Below are positions 36,421 through 52,723 of a stretch of 64,000 nt of DNA, piece by piece. The position numbers and the translations under genes are program-made. Numbering within the stretch: position 1 is the first letter of the stretch; the number at the start of each line of letters is the position of its first letter. Source of the DNA: Octopus sinensis (taxonomy: Eukaryota); NCBI RefSeq assembly GCF_006345805.1, contig NC_043000.1, forward strand, positions 43,462,001-43,526,000, in the 5' to 3' direction. The notes below the pieces were generated by a model. That model was not told the origin of the DNA. It did not search any database and was given only the letters and a program-made list of their open reading frames with translations.

Positions 36421-38914
36421 ATATTCTCACATTTATGTACATGAAAGAAATCGTGCACTTCTAATCTTTGTTGACTGCCTGGTGTATCTAGGAATTCTGA
36501 ATATCAAAGTGAACAATAGAAAATAGATAACTTCATTTAGAAAACATGAAGTTATAACCCCACTATCTGACTACTTTCAATATCCCTAAGCTCAGGAAAT
36601 AAGATACAACTAATATTATTATGGTCTTTATCGCATGCTATTTTGTTCACTTTTATTTTGTTTTGCTCTCCGAATAATGTAGTCAGGAGATAATGGACAG
36701 AAATATTAGTAAATACTTAAATAGATTTTATTTTATGATGGTACACTATAATATCTACACAGCGTAATAAGATATCAAAAAACACCAAAATAAAATTCTA
36801 ATAATATGTTATCTCAATGTCTTTTTTTCACTTCCACAACCGCAACGCTCTAAGAAAGGGAAATTTTTTTTTTATGTAGTCATAAAACGTTGTCCCGAAG
36901 GGATGCTGCAAATATGAACAAATTTAAAAAAACAGAGCCTATTTGGCATTTGAACTCTAACTGAACAGTTTGAAATAAAACAAATTTGATAAGCTCGCTT
37001 TTTAATTTAGCGTTAGTATAGCAAGTAAAAATAACATATTTCATATTGGGATATGATTAAAATCTGGATGCCAGTCGTAGGATAAATATAATCATAGATT
37101 ATTAGTAAATGTTAATCAATTTCATTTTACTTTCCAATAAATACATGAATGTCTACATTCAATAGAACCTTAGAAAATGCGTAAATGATTCATTCCAACA
37201 TACCGTAAACGACCTTATATTCCATTGTATATATTTGATTAAATACTCTTCAGTTCTAGAATAGCCCTCAATATATCGAACCATGAAAGATGTTTAGCAA
37301 GGTTGATGTGGATGGAGTTAGATTTCAGAACAAAAATGGACATAATTACTACAAACCTTTAATTATGTATCCTTACAGATTCTAAATGTTACTGACGAAA
37401 CTATGTTAAAGGGACAAATGTCTTGAAATGTGAGTGGGTATCATGAATGTCATTCTGATCATTAGAAGACCGAAAAGGTAAAGGTATTTTTCCTTTTCTA
37501 TAATTGCCTTACAAGAGATTGATATTCATTTCTACATCTTTGACACAATAAATTTTCTTACTATTTCAAGAATGGCGTGAGCTGCACAAATGTCGTTAAC
37601 TTTATTAAAGGGTGTGACACATGAATATTCATTACGAGACAGCTTCCATTTTGCTATTTTCAACTAGAACCACACTTGAGACAACACTGCATATATTTTT
37701 GTGTTCAATAAAAGAAAGTGCTAGAGAAGTACTTGTACTAATGTAATCGACTATAATAACACCAAATATATGAGGTTTTGTTTCAAAGGTGAAAATCAAT
37801 ATTAATACATCTGTTACTGTATAGTTAGTATATGATAGCAGAATCCCAATGCTACAAGATGAGGCAAATGATTTTATTACAACTCACTGATATAATCCCT
37901 ATGAGAAATAGGTATTAAATTATCAGCAGAAATGTTGCATGCTTGATCTTGTAGCAAATTTGTAATTCCAGTCATGGGCTTATATATTTCACTAATCACA
38001 TTTCTGTAACTGTAGGAATAAATGCCAAATTGAATGTGAGAAGTACAGCACCGACGATTACCCTCTGAAACATACACGTGTTCAAACATTTTGAGAATTT
38101 TTAATACGAAGGCACAAGATAAATTTACGGCGTACGTAACTGAAACATTAAACACGGGCAGACACTTATCTCAAAATGACTCCATGATTAGCATCTTTGA
38201 AATCAGCCTCCATTTCTATTAAGATCATTTTATCGTCTTTAATAACAGAAATGCACAAACTCGGTACACATACAAATATTTGCGAACAATGCTTCTTACT
38301 TACACGAGTTTCATGATACTACGCACAATTCTGGAAGGAAGCTAGGCCCTAACTACACACATGCATACTCCTGTCACGCAAAAAGATGACTAAAGAAACG
38401 CCGAAAGATGTGCCAGTTTCCTGATCTGCATGATGTTACTCACAAACTCCAATATTTGATCCACCAATTTCTATTTTTCTCTTCTCTCAACCTACACTAC
38501 TGCAAAACAAATTATTTTATCCCGGCAGAAGCATAACTCAACTTGGACCCCAGTACTCTCAACTCACTTAATCACTGATGCATTCCCAGAGTTTCGTTAC
38601 CTTGCGGTATAATATACATTAGAACATGTACAAATTAACTTTTTGCCAACAGATATGTTGCCTAAAGTTATATAAAGATTACGCTTCTAACTGAAATTTT
38701 GGAGCTGAAAAACTATGTATATTAAATAGCTTAGAGTTTCAGCTGCAGCCGTGACTTCCAAAACTCAAAGGAACCGTGAAATAAAAGATAACATACCTGG
38801 GAAGCTTCAATCTTAATATTTTAAAAAATCAAAATTAGGATTTTTAGTTATAATTGATTGAAGCACACGCTTCTATTACAATGCTCATCTTCGTTCATCG
38901 CGATATCTTTATCC

Positions 38915-38957
<43 letters not shown>

Positions 38958-39039
38958 GCTGTTCAATCATCGAAATACGTTACCCTAATCTATTGCTACT
39001 TATCTATAAAATTCGCTCACTGTCTACCACTGTTTGCAA

Positions 39040-39925
39040 TTGTTCTCATAAAAAAAGGGATTATATATTTTTTATTTGAAATATTTTGAGAATGTGTGAA
39101 ATTTGTTACAGTATATCTATTTATCATAAGAGAAATGTTCGCTCTGGGACAAACAAGTAGCAGCGCAGGTATCCGCCACAAGAAGTCGCTTGAAGCTGCC
39201 ATCGGGCATCAGAATGCTGACCGGCGTCTTCGAGTGTCGTTCATCTTTCCTTTGCTGCGCTTCTCCCTTTTGCATTGATTTTTGCGACGGCTGTGGAAAA
39301 CGGCGGCCGAAACAGTTGTCATGCTTCTAACAGCTTACAAGGATGCTGACATGAGCGAAAAAATACACATGTTTACGAGTGTTTTTCACGCTTAAGGAAT
39401 GGTCACATCGCTTGAAGCTCAACCTCGTTCAGGGTGTCCGTCAACCTCCTGAAAGAATGATAATTCATTGACTGATCTTGGAGAGCAATCACCGAACACC
39501 TGACGAACTTAATGATATAACTGGGGTTCTGGAGTTCTTGCCATCGAATGTTGAGCGAGGAATTGCGAATGAAAATCGTTGCAGCAAAATTTGTGCCTCG
39601 TTTGCTCATGGCAGATCAAAAGCAGTCAAGACTGAATGCTTGTCGTGTACAGAAAGAAAAGTTGATCCGGACCCTTTTTTCGGAAATCATCAGTGGTGAT
39701 AAAAGTTGGTGATACGGAATTTGCAGATGTGGAAAAGGTGAAGAAAAAAACAGAGGGAGGCATTACAAGGCACTAATTCACAAGAGTTCCAGAACCGCTT
39801 CGAAGAGTGGTACACGCATCTGGACCGATGCATTGCTTCAAATCAATAATATTTTGAAAGCGATAAAACTAAGTGAATAAAATAACATTGCAAAGTTCCG
39901 GTTTCTTTCGGGTACACCCACGTAT
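39040..39925 (+). mobile_element. Internally deleted mariner element
   Basis: KTAAETVVMLLTAYKDADMS, LEAQPRSGCPSTS, MKIVAAKFVPRLL, and C-terminal FQNRFEEWYTHLDRCIASNQ. Confidence 0.8.
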
Positions 39926-39938
39926 TTTATATTATTTT

Positions 39939-40547
<609 letters not shown>

Positions 40548-41084
40548 CATGAGGATTATTTAGAAACTTTATGCAGACAAACGTGTTAACCGAGTGTTAG
40601 CCCTAACCCTAACTCTAAGAAAGGGCTTAGATTATTTCTATCTAATTCAATTTGCAATTAATGTTGGATATAATTTAATGCATATTGTTTCTTAACGTCT
40701 TGTTATTTTATTCTACACCATCTCACAAATTTCGTTCATAACATTCGCACTATGAATGCGTTTAAAACATGTTATGTAATCTACATTAGTAGACTTGTCC
40801 CTTTCACTGTTTCGTTGCAACACTGAATCTTTCCCTCTCTTTCGATCTCTCTCCCTCTGTTTCTTTTTTTTACTGTATCTCTTTCTTTTATTTAAAAATA
40901 AGTGATTGCAAATGTTTCCTTTGAAATATTTTGAAAATAGCTTTAAATCTTTTGCAACATATCTATCTGCCATATCAAAATAACATTGATTTATAAGCTG
41001 AACCGCGAAAGAAACGCGATTTATTGAGATGCCAATTTTATACGGTAAATTCTGAAAATTAATTTCGGGTATGTAAGTGTAAAT

Positions 41085-41660
41085 ATTCCAAGACATGCTG
41101 GTTTATGGCTGAGACCCAAATTGCAGGTAACCTTTCAACTTTCCTTTAAACGAGACGCCAAAATGCAGGTGCGTCGAATACCGTGATTGGCAGTCGCAAA
41201 CAATTGCCCTGAAAACCGATATGCACGTCTTCTCTGGCGAGAGTCAATATTGCATTGGGCCTCATGTGTTCCAAAATGTTTGTGAAGGTAGAGGAAATGG
41301 CACGACAGGGTAGTACTATGTTTAGCGGATCCTAAGACCTCTCATTCTGCCCTTCTTCGCGCGTCACCATAGCCACGTGTTCCAGTAGGACAATGCTCCC
41401 CCCCACGACAAGGGTCACCGTGGACTTCCTGCATCAGCACATCATCAGAACCATGCTATGGCCGGCTCACAACCCGAATTTGAATCAAATTGAACTGCTG
41501 TGGGATTAAATCCAGACACGGCTAAACCAATTGGTCCCAAAACCGACAACTCATGTGGAATGGAGGCTGCTTTCCCCAGGGTGTGAGAACAGGTACCAAT
41601 GGCTTTTGTGAAGCGCCTCATGCACTCCATGTACCGACGGTGTATTACTGTTTTGAACAG
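41085..41660 (+). mobile_element. Tc1-like transposase DDE fragment
   Basis: HVFQ*DNAPPH ... MLWPAHNPNLNQIELLWD (QDNA.H and WP..SPDLNPIE motifs). Confidence 0.85.
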
Positions 41661-41948
41661 TAATATTTTATGTTGAGAAAAGGAAGCAGTCAGATTTTTG
41701 AATAATTCTTTATTAGCACTTTCGTTCCTTTATCGACCTCGGCAAGACAAAATCAAAATCAAAATAGTAAAAACAGAACGTTCCGTTGTTCATTTATATA
41801 AATCGGATGTTTTTTTTTGCTCTGTTTCGAAGAGGGGACGAAATGTTTTTGTTTTGTTTTGTTTTTGAAAAAAAAATAAGAGAGAGAGAGAGAGAGGTTT
41901 CAGGACAATCAGGAAAAAAGACGAAAAATAATAAGAATGGGGAAAGGG

Positions 41949-41989
<41 letters not shown>
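41949..41989. repeat. (GATA)n microsatellite
   Basis: Directly visible. Confidence 0.95.
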
Positions 41990-42946
41990 TTTCAATTTGA
42001 TGTGGTCAATCGATTGAAATTTCATTGCAAGACATTTTTGTCTTTCTTTCGTTTTGCTTTCAATTGTTAACATATTTGTAAATACACACATTTTTTCACA
42101 AGGGCTGGTGATCTTTCAAGATTTCAACTATAAGAGTAGGACTGGAAAGATATGAAAAGAAGGAAGGGTGCGGTTATCACTGAAAAATAAAACAAATTTC
42201 AAATTTCAAAGTCCTATCAAAATCAGTATTCCTTAACATGTCCCACATGGAATTATAAATCCTATATTCTGTGTAGTTTCATGTTTTGCATGAAAAAACA
42301 TTAAATTTTAGTACAACATTCATAAATTAGGAAAATAAACTCAGAATATGAAAAACTAATTTGGTACTGTTTACAGTTCAAACTGATCTCTATGTACATT
42401 TAATCATACATCATGATGAGTTTTGTATTAATATGTATATTGTATATTTAGCTGGAAGCCACTTTGTAGAATATAAATAATGAAAAAAAATAGCAGGGTT
42501 GCTTAAATATATTTTTGAGTATTTTTCAACCTCTTGTGGGATTTATCTTTATTTTTCTTGTTTGCTTCGATTAGATAATTCGAAAGCGATCTTTTTCCCA
42601 AATTGCTTTGCCAAATAGCTACATTATATATCTTTCTTAATCAATATGAGGAGTTTTTGGCAAAAGGCAGGAAATAAGGTGTATAAAGGGACATAGCAAA
42701 ATGAAAATAATAATGTATAAAGTTTTTATCGTTGTAGTTCCATTATTCAAGGAATGTAGTATGTAGAAGTGGTAGCAATGCTTCTTGTCCGTGGCATGTA
42801 AATTTTGAAAAGCATCCGATTCATATAAACGGACAACGAAACGTTCTGTTTTTATGATTTTGATTTTGATTTTGTTTTGAAGAGTTCGATAAACGAACGA
42901 AAGTTCAAATGAAGAATTATCCAAAGTTCTGTCTGCCTCACTTTTC

Positions 42947-43030
<84 letters not shown>

Positions 43031-43286
43031 CGCATATGATATATATAAGCTAATATCAAACAGGGAGAAAAAGTTCACAACACCGCAGTTGTGGCTACAA
43101 TGTTTTATTTGTTGTTTAACAAGTCTACTATTGGTTTCATGTATTTGTCTCACCAACTATCAAATCTACCTAATGGGTCGGACGAGTACCGACGTTCCTT
43201 GTTCCAGGCTTGATAATAGCTGAAATCGCACGGAATAAAACCAATGGTAGCGTTGATAATCCGATAATCGACAAATAATATATATG

Positions 43287-43328
<42 letters not shown>

Positions 43329-43597
43329 AAGTTAGAGGTGTTAAGCCCTCTAAGTGTTTGAGGTATCCAGAGGCACTCCTGGTGATTACCTCCGTAAGTA
43401 TGGTCTTTGGTATAAGGTATACGGCAACAGGTACTTTAAAGATGTAAACCGTAGTTTAAGGTATATATACACGATCAGAAAATGGAGGTAAAACAACAAA
43501 TAGAAGTGTACCATTGGTGCTAAAAAGCCATTATTTAATTAGTTAAGTAAGGTGAAGGTAAGAGTGAGTTTACAGATGTTACTGTGTACCATATTGA

Positions 43598-43645
43598 CGT
43601 CAATAAGTATTTACCTCGTTGCAAATTGTAGAGGTCGTCAGAACG
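43598..43645 (-). ncRNA. Degenerate hammerhead-like motif in a (TA)n-flanked block (43323-43871)
   Basis: Minus strand: CGTT-CTGACGA-CCTC...GAGG-TAAA-TACTTA-TT-GACG; G12 replaced by U. Confidence 0.45.
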
Positions 43646-43868
43646 AAGAACCAGAGATAGACAAAGAGGAGAATAAAGCGAAATATAGAGGAAGAAATCG
43701 GAAGAGAAAATGTTCAATGATTCGAAAGTGCTACATTTTAGTTGGGTTCAAAGTTCATTAAATCCATTGTGAGGTAGTTGATGGATAGAGGTTGGTTGAA
43801 TCTGAAGTCTCGTAGTTAGTTATTAGCATGACGTCCACGTGTCTGCCAGTTCGGCTAGTTGACTGATA

Positions 43869-43943
<75 letters not shown>

Positions 43944-46740
43944 ATATATATATATGTGTGTGTGTATGTGTTTGTGTGTGTGTATGTATATATATATATA
44001 TATATCTATATATATTGGTAGATACGACATTTTTCATCAGAAACCCATCCAGTAAATAATAGTGATTACTGTTTTTCTATTTTTACGCAAAGGAATACTT
44101 ATTCGTGTAGATGTTGTGTACACGCGTATGATATCACTTCTCTAACAGCATTACGACCGAATTCCCTAGGATCTAATTCACTTAATTTGAAATAGTTAAT
44201 TTTATAGCAGATATATGCGTTAGCAATTCTGTTTTGAATTACTCTCATTAAGTTAGTATCTCTTTAAAAAACAATTAATCAGTGTTTCATGTAGAGCATA
44301 TACGCCCTTTTGCACATATCATCACCGAACCCACTATCAATTTGGTTGATAAAGAAATATGCTAGTTGCTGTTAAGAAAAATAGGCTGTAGAGGGAATAT
44401 TTGCGCATTTATTCTTAATACGTTCAGCCAGGTTCAGAGGATAAGATCTCTCTTCTTTACGACGAGAACTTGTTGTGAACACTTGGCTGACTGGCGCAGA
44501 GGATTTTGGAAGAGAAACCGTTGTTTCGACATGTGTTTCGTTACCCAGAGATACATATACCTTTGCGTCTAGGGAAAGCAAATAAATTTCTTTACAATTT
44601 GAACGAATAATTTGTTTGCTGATCGTTGCTTATATCTGCTATTCGATAAAAGATCATGATTTTCACTGTGTGCAGCGCGAGCTGGTAAAACATTTGGATA
44701 ATCTTTATTAATACATCAAGGCGTATTCAGACGCAAAATATGCTGGTCTCTAGGGTGCGTCATAGGAGAATAACTTGTCTCTTTTCAAACGACAGTATAT
44801 TCAACACCGTTGACCCAAAAGTCTGTACATCAATGATCTAAGTTTGATGAATACACAGTTGTCGAACAAGAAAAGAAGTTATTCTTTGATGTACATAAGA
44901 GCAGCACCATATTTTCTGCATGAAATTGCCTAGATGTATAAAGAATATGTATACAAATATTCATTTCAGCTCCCGCTCTACACTGTGAAAATAATAATAT
45001 TTTAGTCTAAAGAATAAGGCGCTAAAACGTCTGTTAACAAATTTTGTGCAATTAAATTTTTGGTAGTGACATGAACGCAATAGTATACACGTATTCCATA
45101 GAGCATATCATAACTTGATGTCTACTGTCTATCAAGTGTATAAATCTAGTATATTTATCTGTGTATTTATTTCAAAATACACCCATTTGGTGCAAAGGAT
45201 TTTAACGCCCTTGTGTGATCATTTTGCTAATTCTAATTGTATTTCAAATTCCAGGCCTACTATACTGTAAGAATAATTTTTAATGGAAGAAACCAATAAA
45301 TTAATTGTCAGATCGTAGTATGAGTAAATGGTGAGACGAGAGTTGAATATATTTCGAAAAATGAATACTATTCTATGGAAAGATATATAGCGTGTAGATT
45401 TAATTTCCAAGAATTAATTAAATGCCACATTGAATTAAATGAATATACCGATTCAAAACTGTCTCTTGCATTTTAATTTTCACTTCTCATTTAAATAATA
45501 AACGGTCATCCTAACCAGTATTCAGAAAAATGTTATCTTTGAAAAAGCGCGCAGCCATCAATGCGTAGAAAAGGATTCGTTCGTTATATGTTGTTAGTCA
45601 GTTTGATGCTATCGAGCTATGTTGCTGAAATGATATCTAATATTCGTTATGGTCAAAATATTATGAGTTAAAATAGACAAAAAGGAAATCTACGAATGTG
45701 TATCTATCAGCTTTGTGCACTTTAAGGTGTATTACCTCATCTTTGAATCACTTTATTTCATAGTCTTTGAGGAAGACTTCCTTTGATTCCACTGCTGATT
45801 TCAGAATCGTTAAACGTGATGATAATTGAGTTTCTTTCTTTAGATAAGTAACCACGTTTAAATGTAAAGGTTCAAGTACAATAATTTAAAGTGGAATGCA
45901 GAATGTGCTAAAACTTTGAGAGCAAACGAAAATGAATCATCACTAACAGATCTTACCTCAATATTAGTACTGTAGTATTTTCTCACCTTCATTTGTCATT
46001 CATCCTACTTATACAATATAATTAGATTTAAAACCACCCGAATCTATGAAGATTATTACACATTTAATGTAGCAATCACATCACGGTATGATTCGAGATA
46101 GGACTACTTTATTCAGTAATTCCTACGTATACTTGAAACATTTGAAGGTTAAATGGAGATATTAAATCTTATTTCTAGCTTGTTAGTATACCATTAGACA
46201 CTTCTTCAGGGATGCACAAAGTAGACGAGTGGATCAAGTAATACACATTTTAACTTAGCCAAAAATATTTCATATTACACAAGATGCACTTTCAAAATTT
46301 AATAGTATTCAAGTATCATAATGCGTACTCTTTAGTATGTAAGATTCTCCCCAAATTACTTTAGTTTGGAGACATCTAGCAATCATTACTACACATCATG
46401 TTATCTAAATGGAATAAATAGATTCATAAATGATTAAGTGATATTCAACTATAATCCTTCATGACAAGTAGAAAGAATCATGATGGAACAGTTTGTGTAC
46501 AATATTGCACCACGTATGTATTACAGAATTGCTTGTAAAAAAGAGAATATCAAAGGCACATACGCTTAAACACATTGATGCACGCGCACGCACACACATA
46601 CACACACACACACACACATGTATATATATGTGTGTGTGTGCCCGTGTGCCCGTGCGCCCGCGCGTCTGTGTATGATTATATATGTAAAATTTCATATCTA
46701 CATGTAAACACACACACGCATGTATTTATATGTATAAGTA

Positions 46741-46772
<32 letters not shown>

Positions 46773-46787
46773 CACGCAGACGTGGAC

Positions 46788-46819
<32 letters not shown>

Positions 46820-48633
46820 TGGTGTGAATGACAGTTTTCTAAGTCCTGATTCATGTATCATTTTATCATATTTCACCCTGAATAAAAAAAAAACAAATGA
46901 AAATCTAATGTGAAATTTCCATTCTTTTAAAAACACATATGTAGGTATCGGAATATGAATTTATATATTTTGGGATATATGTTTGTGTGAACCTGTGTTA
47001 TTTTATACCTGTATTTATTACTCAGTCTGACGTGGAATAAGACAATACATGTATGTAAGTTAGCATATTTGCATCCTACATCCACCGTCTTCGCTATTTA
47101 CGAATTAATTTAAATTACCCCACCACCACCACCACCACACATATATGAATGATTAAATGCAAAATATTCTTGTTGAAGGTTATGAAATCTAGGGAAGTTT
47201 TGTGAACACAATATAATTCCGTTGTAAATATATAGGCAGCAAAGATGTCTGTACGCAATGGTTCTTATATATCATACTCGACTTTGCACTAGTATCTTTA
47301 AAGTGTCATATAGGGAAGAGAAACGTGCAAAAAGATTACGAAAACACAAAATTAAATTTCCATGCACTATCTAATTGCTAGAGACTCCATCTAGATTTCT
47401 TTACTACTTAGAAGATTTTAATCCTATAATATCATTGAAGTGAATTTTTTGAGAAAAACAATTCAAATGATATCGATCGTTCTTATACATTAAGAGAGAA
47501 GCATCTTCTGCACAGGAGAAATGCATTCATAGTTGAATCTAATCTATTCAAAATTAATATGAATGAAGTTCACTATTTATAAATATCATCAAAATAGCAG
47601 GAGAAAGTAACCAGGAAAAAGGTTTCTGCATTGTAAATATAAATCGTAGGCTATCTGTCTGGTATCTAATGGCATTGTCCTTGCAATTTAGAGAAGATTA
47701 TTCTACGAGTGTCTGACGCCAATATTATCAGTTAACAGATTTGTTTGAAAACCGATCGTAATACAGATGTTGTGAATATTGTTTTTAATACAGCTAAGAA
47801 GCAAAACGCTGTTGCTCGTGTCCAAGCTACCGTCATGATTTCCGACTTTCGGGATATCTTTAGCAGCTCGTACGATAAGTATTTGTAAAATTACACAGCA
47901 CAGACCATACGAATAAGTTGGACCTCACAAGAAATGAATCATTCAACTGTATTATCTAAGTGTGATGACTGAGTGTGTCAAACATTATGTAATATCTCTG
48001 ATGGTTATCGCATCTCAATGAAATCCCTTGAGGAAATCTGAGTTCCGTACCGCACTATGCCATAATAATTAAGCCATCATATTTTCGGCCCTGTAATAAA
48101 CGTGAACACTAAAATCGGTTTTCGTCTAAAAATATGATATTATGTTAGGTACTAGTAGTCTGCTGTAAATTGTTGGAACCTTCGGTCTAAAAAGAATTCT
48201 TTAAATTCGCAAAGAAAGAGCCATATTTTTTGTTAATGAAAGGTTGCTATTATCTTCTTTAAAGATATTCTATCCTTTGTGGGGGAATCCTATTATTTCT
48301 ATAGCACCAACACAATATGAGTTTCCATCTCTCGTTTTTCTTAGAATTCTATCGGTTTGTGATTAATGTACTCTAATTTGATAAATGAATTTATAAATGT
48401 CCTAATACCAAATAACTACATACATGCATAATGTGGGTAAGTTTCGTGTGTAGTATTCTGGTTGTTTACGTTCTGCAAACGAATGTTTTGTGATGGAAAC
48501 AAAAATTGCTTCCAATTTAGATACAACGCCATAAATGTTTAGGGGTGGGGCGTCGGGCGATGAGAAAAACCACAATACTGCACAGGTAAATGTAATGAGT
48601 CGGAAGAAACACTGCTTGTGTTCTTTTTTGTTC

Positions 48634-48655
48634 GACGACGACGATGATGATAATA

Positions 48656-48749
<94 letters not shown>

Positions 48750-48867
48750 CAACAATAATGAAGATAGCGCTCGGGTTGAATACATGCGTACGGACGATGT
48801 ATTTTTACATGAGAGATATTAAGATGACGCCGCCGAGGATGAAAACGACGACGACGACGATGATGAA

Positions 48868-48907
<40 letters not shown>

Positions 48908-48935
48908 ACGACGACGATGAGGATGACAATGATGA
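48634..48935. repeat. (GAT)n/(AAT)n trinucleotide arrays
   Basis: Directly visible. Confidence 0.9.
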
Positions 48936-49471
48936 TTAGGTGGATACTGAGGAGGATTTCAAGTAAAATGAAGATTGTTTTGAGAATGTTCTCAACACAA
49001 CAAAAATATATAGGCATGGGACATAAGAATCGAGTTTGGGAGAGAGGAATAAATGTTGCATCAATTGGCAACAATTCTAAGCCTAAGCTGAAAGTACGAA
49101 AGTTTGTCAAACATACAAAGATGAACGTGAAAATGATATTCATGGCGATGATGTTGTTGATCGTTGCTACTGCAACGAAAATTAGGATTCCACTAACATT
49201 TGTTTTCTTATGCAAAATGACAAAATAACATTCTAACTCTAGCGATCATAATAATGCAAAAGATAAAAAATCAAGAAGCGGTTGCCACAGCTACATTAGT
49301 GAATAGCTGTACGTGATGGTGAATAAGTAACGTTAATATGGAGGCTATTGCTGTGAAAGTGTGGGCTATTTTCCTTTTGAATTTGATGGATTAAATGGCA
49401 AATTAGGAAATGTAAATCTGAATATAACACTGAGGGTGATCATGAAATATAAAAACAGAATATACATACAT

Positions 49472-49628
49472 AGGAGTGGATACGTGGTAAGTAGCTTGCT
49501 TACCAACCACACAGTTTCGGGTTCAGTCTCACTCCGTGGCACATTCGGAAAGTATCTTCTACTATAGCCTCGAGCCGACCAAAGCCTTTTGAATGCATTT
49601 GGTAAAAGGAAACTGAAAGAAGCAGCAG

Positions 49629-49691
<63 letters not shown>

Positions 49692-49930
49692 GTGTGTGTG
49701 TGTGGTGTGTGTGTGTGTGTGTACGTGTGTGTGTGCTTATGTCTGTTTTTCTGTTTATCACCACAACATCATTTCACAACTGATGCTGGTGTGTTTACGT
49801 CCTCGTAACTCAGCGGTTCGGCAAAGCAGACAAATAGACTAGGCTTACAAAGAATAAGCTCTCGGATCAGTTTGCTCGACTAAAGGCGGTGCTCCAGTAT
49901 AGCCAGTCAAATGACTGAAACAAGTAAAAG
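49472..49930 (+). mobile_element. SINE family A, full length (tRNA-derived head, internal microsatellite)
   Basis: A-box-like and B-box-like (GGTTCAGTCTC) head, internal (TA)n(TG)n, and tail GGCGGTGCTCCAG...CAGTCAAATGACTGAAACAAG; colinear with 53199-53691. Confidence 0.88.
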
Positions 49931-50939
49931 AATACACACATGCATACGTTCGAAATCGCGCGCACACACACATAGCATACTCACACACATACACACGCGC
50001 ATATTTAAGTACTAAAAGATTTGGACTTAAAACACTTCGGACAAGGTTAGGAGACTCGTTCACTTCGATTGCAACTGAGAAAAGAACGACAAGTACTACC
50101 AAAGACATTGGAAACAAAGAACTTTTTGTACTTCTCTCCATCTTTTTCTCTTGCATACCCCTTATTTTCAAACTGAATATGACTGTATTTTCAATCATGT
50201 ATGTTTGTTACGACCTTTATCCAACATTTACACTAATATTACTGTCAATCTCATTGAAATTTCTATGAACACATGAATATTTGATCGTTTAAATATGTTT
50301 TTCCAAACTTTACCTTGTAATTTTAGACTCTCCTCAACAATTTATATATTTATTTTTATCATTGATAAGCAAAACATTTTGGCAAACTATTTGGTATCTG
50401 AATAAATCTATTATAAAAGTTTTAAAATGCTACACGTTTTGAAATTCACGTGCATTTTCCAACTCCAAGAAAATTCTCACAAATATAAATGTATATATAA
50501 TTAAAAATTCAATAAAAGAAAATGGAGAAGAAAAATTAAAAAGATGCTTGGTTTGTTTTATTTGTATTACAATTTGAAAAGTAATGCAAATTAAAAGAAG
50601 AAAAATGATACCTATAAGAGTATGAAAGGAGCCGCCTCAACCAAAAAAAAAAAAGACAACCCAAAATATCAAAAAGAAAAAGATATTCTACATATTAATG
50701 TTTCGATATAACAATATTTAAGAATCATCAATAATTATAATTTTAAAAGATGCAATAGTCTGTATATTGTTAGATGTCTTCAGGAAAAATAAGTGTATTT
50801 TAGTCTTCAGTAACGAAATATTGTATTTGAGGATAATGTTTATATATGTTCTTCCTATCAATATATTTGGTTAAACCCAGTTGGCATCAGTATTGTTTCT
50901 AACAATCCTATACATGGATATAGCTTTCTCAAATTCTAA

Positions 50940-51017
50940 ATATACATACATACATACATACATATACATATATATATTTTTTATATATATGTATGCATAT
51001 ATAGATATATATGTATG

Positions 51018-51084
<67 letters not shown>

Positions 51085-51142
51085 TATATGCGTGTATGTA
51101 TGTGTATGCCTGCTCATGTGTATATGTGTGTATACATATATG

Positions 51143-51183
<41 letters not shown>

Positions 51184-51190
51184 TATATAA
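50940..51190. repeat. (TA)n-rich microsatellite
   Basis: Directly visible. Confidence 0.9.
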
Positions 51191-51400
51191 ATGCTTGTAT
51201 AATTATCTATCTATGTAGTTAAATACACAATATATATCATAATAATAATTCATGCTTGGTAATTATCTAAATACTAATAATGTTTATACGATGTTCATTT
51301 TACGCTCTATTACTTAAATCCCCTTTATCTTATCAGAAAATTCGTAGTTCGTTTTTTAAATTGCAACGCAGAGTGAGTATATCCTACAAAGTTTAGAAAG

Positions 51401-51590
51401 TATTGGATTGGCAAGAAAGTAATTTGGTTTTTCGCAAATAGACTGAGTTACGACCAAAAGTTCTATTAGCGGAATCATGAAGTTGCCAGAAAGATGGCAA
51501 ATGGAAAGGATCAAACAAAATGGAGAATATATAATCGATTGTTATTTCACACTAAAAGAGAAAAATCGAAATTACTGTCTTACACACAGT
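51401..51590 (+). mobile_element. mariner-derived miniature element
   Basis: TIR-like tattggattggcaagaaagtaattt and aaattactgtcttac enclose the transposase C-terminus GIMKLPERWQ...QNGEYIID. Confidence 0.6.
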
Positions 51591-51844
51591 CGATGTGTAT
51601 TTAACATTTAAACTATTTCGCCCAATGAGGTAACCCATAATCTGCATTATCCTCAATCAACGTTTTCTACTTTGAATTAATGCAGATAGTGTATTTTAAT
51701 TAATGTAGCTTATGTACTATTAAATACGGTAATATAAGCTATTTGACATGTTTTGGAATTACTATATAAAATTTGTCGTGATATTTTGATGTTTATTGTT
51801 GAATAAATTTCAACATAATATTTCTCTATCATTTATATCTTTAG

Positions 51845-51946
<102 letters not shown>

Positions 51947-52681
51947 TATGTGTGTGTATGTGTGTGTATGTGTGTGTGTGTATAAGTAATATTTTTTCAG
52001 CTATATACACCCAAACAGTGTTGTGATTTTTTCATTAACTGGACACATGACAATATATGAGCACATTCAGTTAGTCCCCGATTATTACCTGCTAGAATGT
52101 AGATTTATAAATGCTATTGATTTCTGATAAAAAGACTATCTTATATTTAATGTATTACAAATTGAAAATTTGTTTTACATACTCATATATCTCCTACAAT
52201 TCGTTGCAAAATTGAAGTTCACGTGAAATTATATTCTCATAAGGTATGAGAACATATTTCTAAATATTTTTCGTTAAATATTTCATAAGTGGTAGCTAGG
52301 GAATATATTTCTGCTGATTCAGGTGATAGAAATTTCAAAACATCTGGGAAATTAAGAATTTTTTAAATTACTGAGTTTATATAGGAGGGCAGGTCTATAC
52401 GTCATCACTCTAAACCTCACTCTCTTTTTCTATTTTGCTTCCATGTTTTATTATTTTTCTTAAGTATATAAAGTAAATACATGACTTCAACTGAGCTCTA
52501 AATTATAATTTAATTTAGCTAATTCTGAGAATTCCTCTCCTTCCCCGAAAACACTAATTGCATATGTCCCAACTAGTTATCTGTCAACGATTACTTTTAA
52601 AATAGGTTCACAAAGGAATAGCTAATTGAACACTATTTCCGAATGAGCATTGCTCCGTCCTGTATGCACATTCTATCTCTC

Positions 52682-52723
<42 letters not shown>

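Noticed and set aside
40600-40618. Telomere-like CCCTAA repeats
   Set aside because: Only two to three units, too short to call an interstitial telomere.
44360-44940. Moderately GC-richer unique stretch that could be an exon
   Set aside because: Short ORFs, stops in the extended frames and no recognisable domain; needs RNA-seq or BLAST.
48535-49228. Poly-D/N/M ORFs suggesting an acidic protein
   Set aside because: Made of GAT/AAT repeats, and the acidic frame has several stops.
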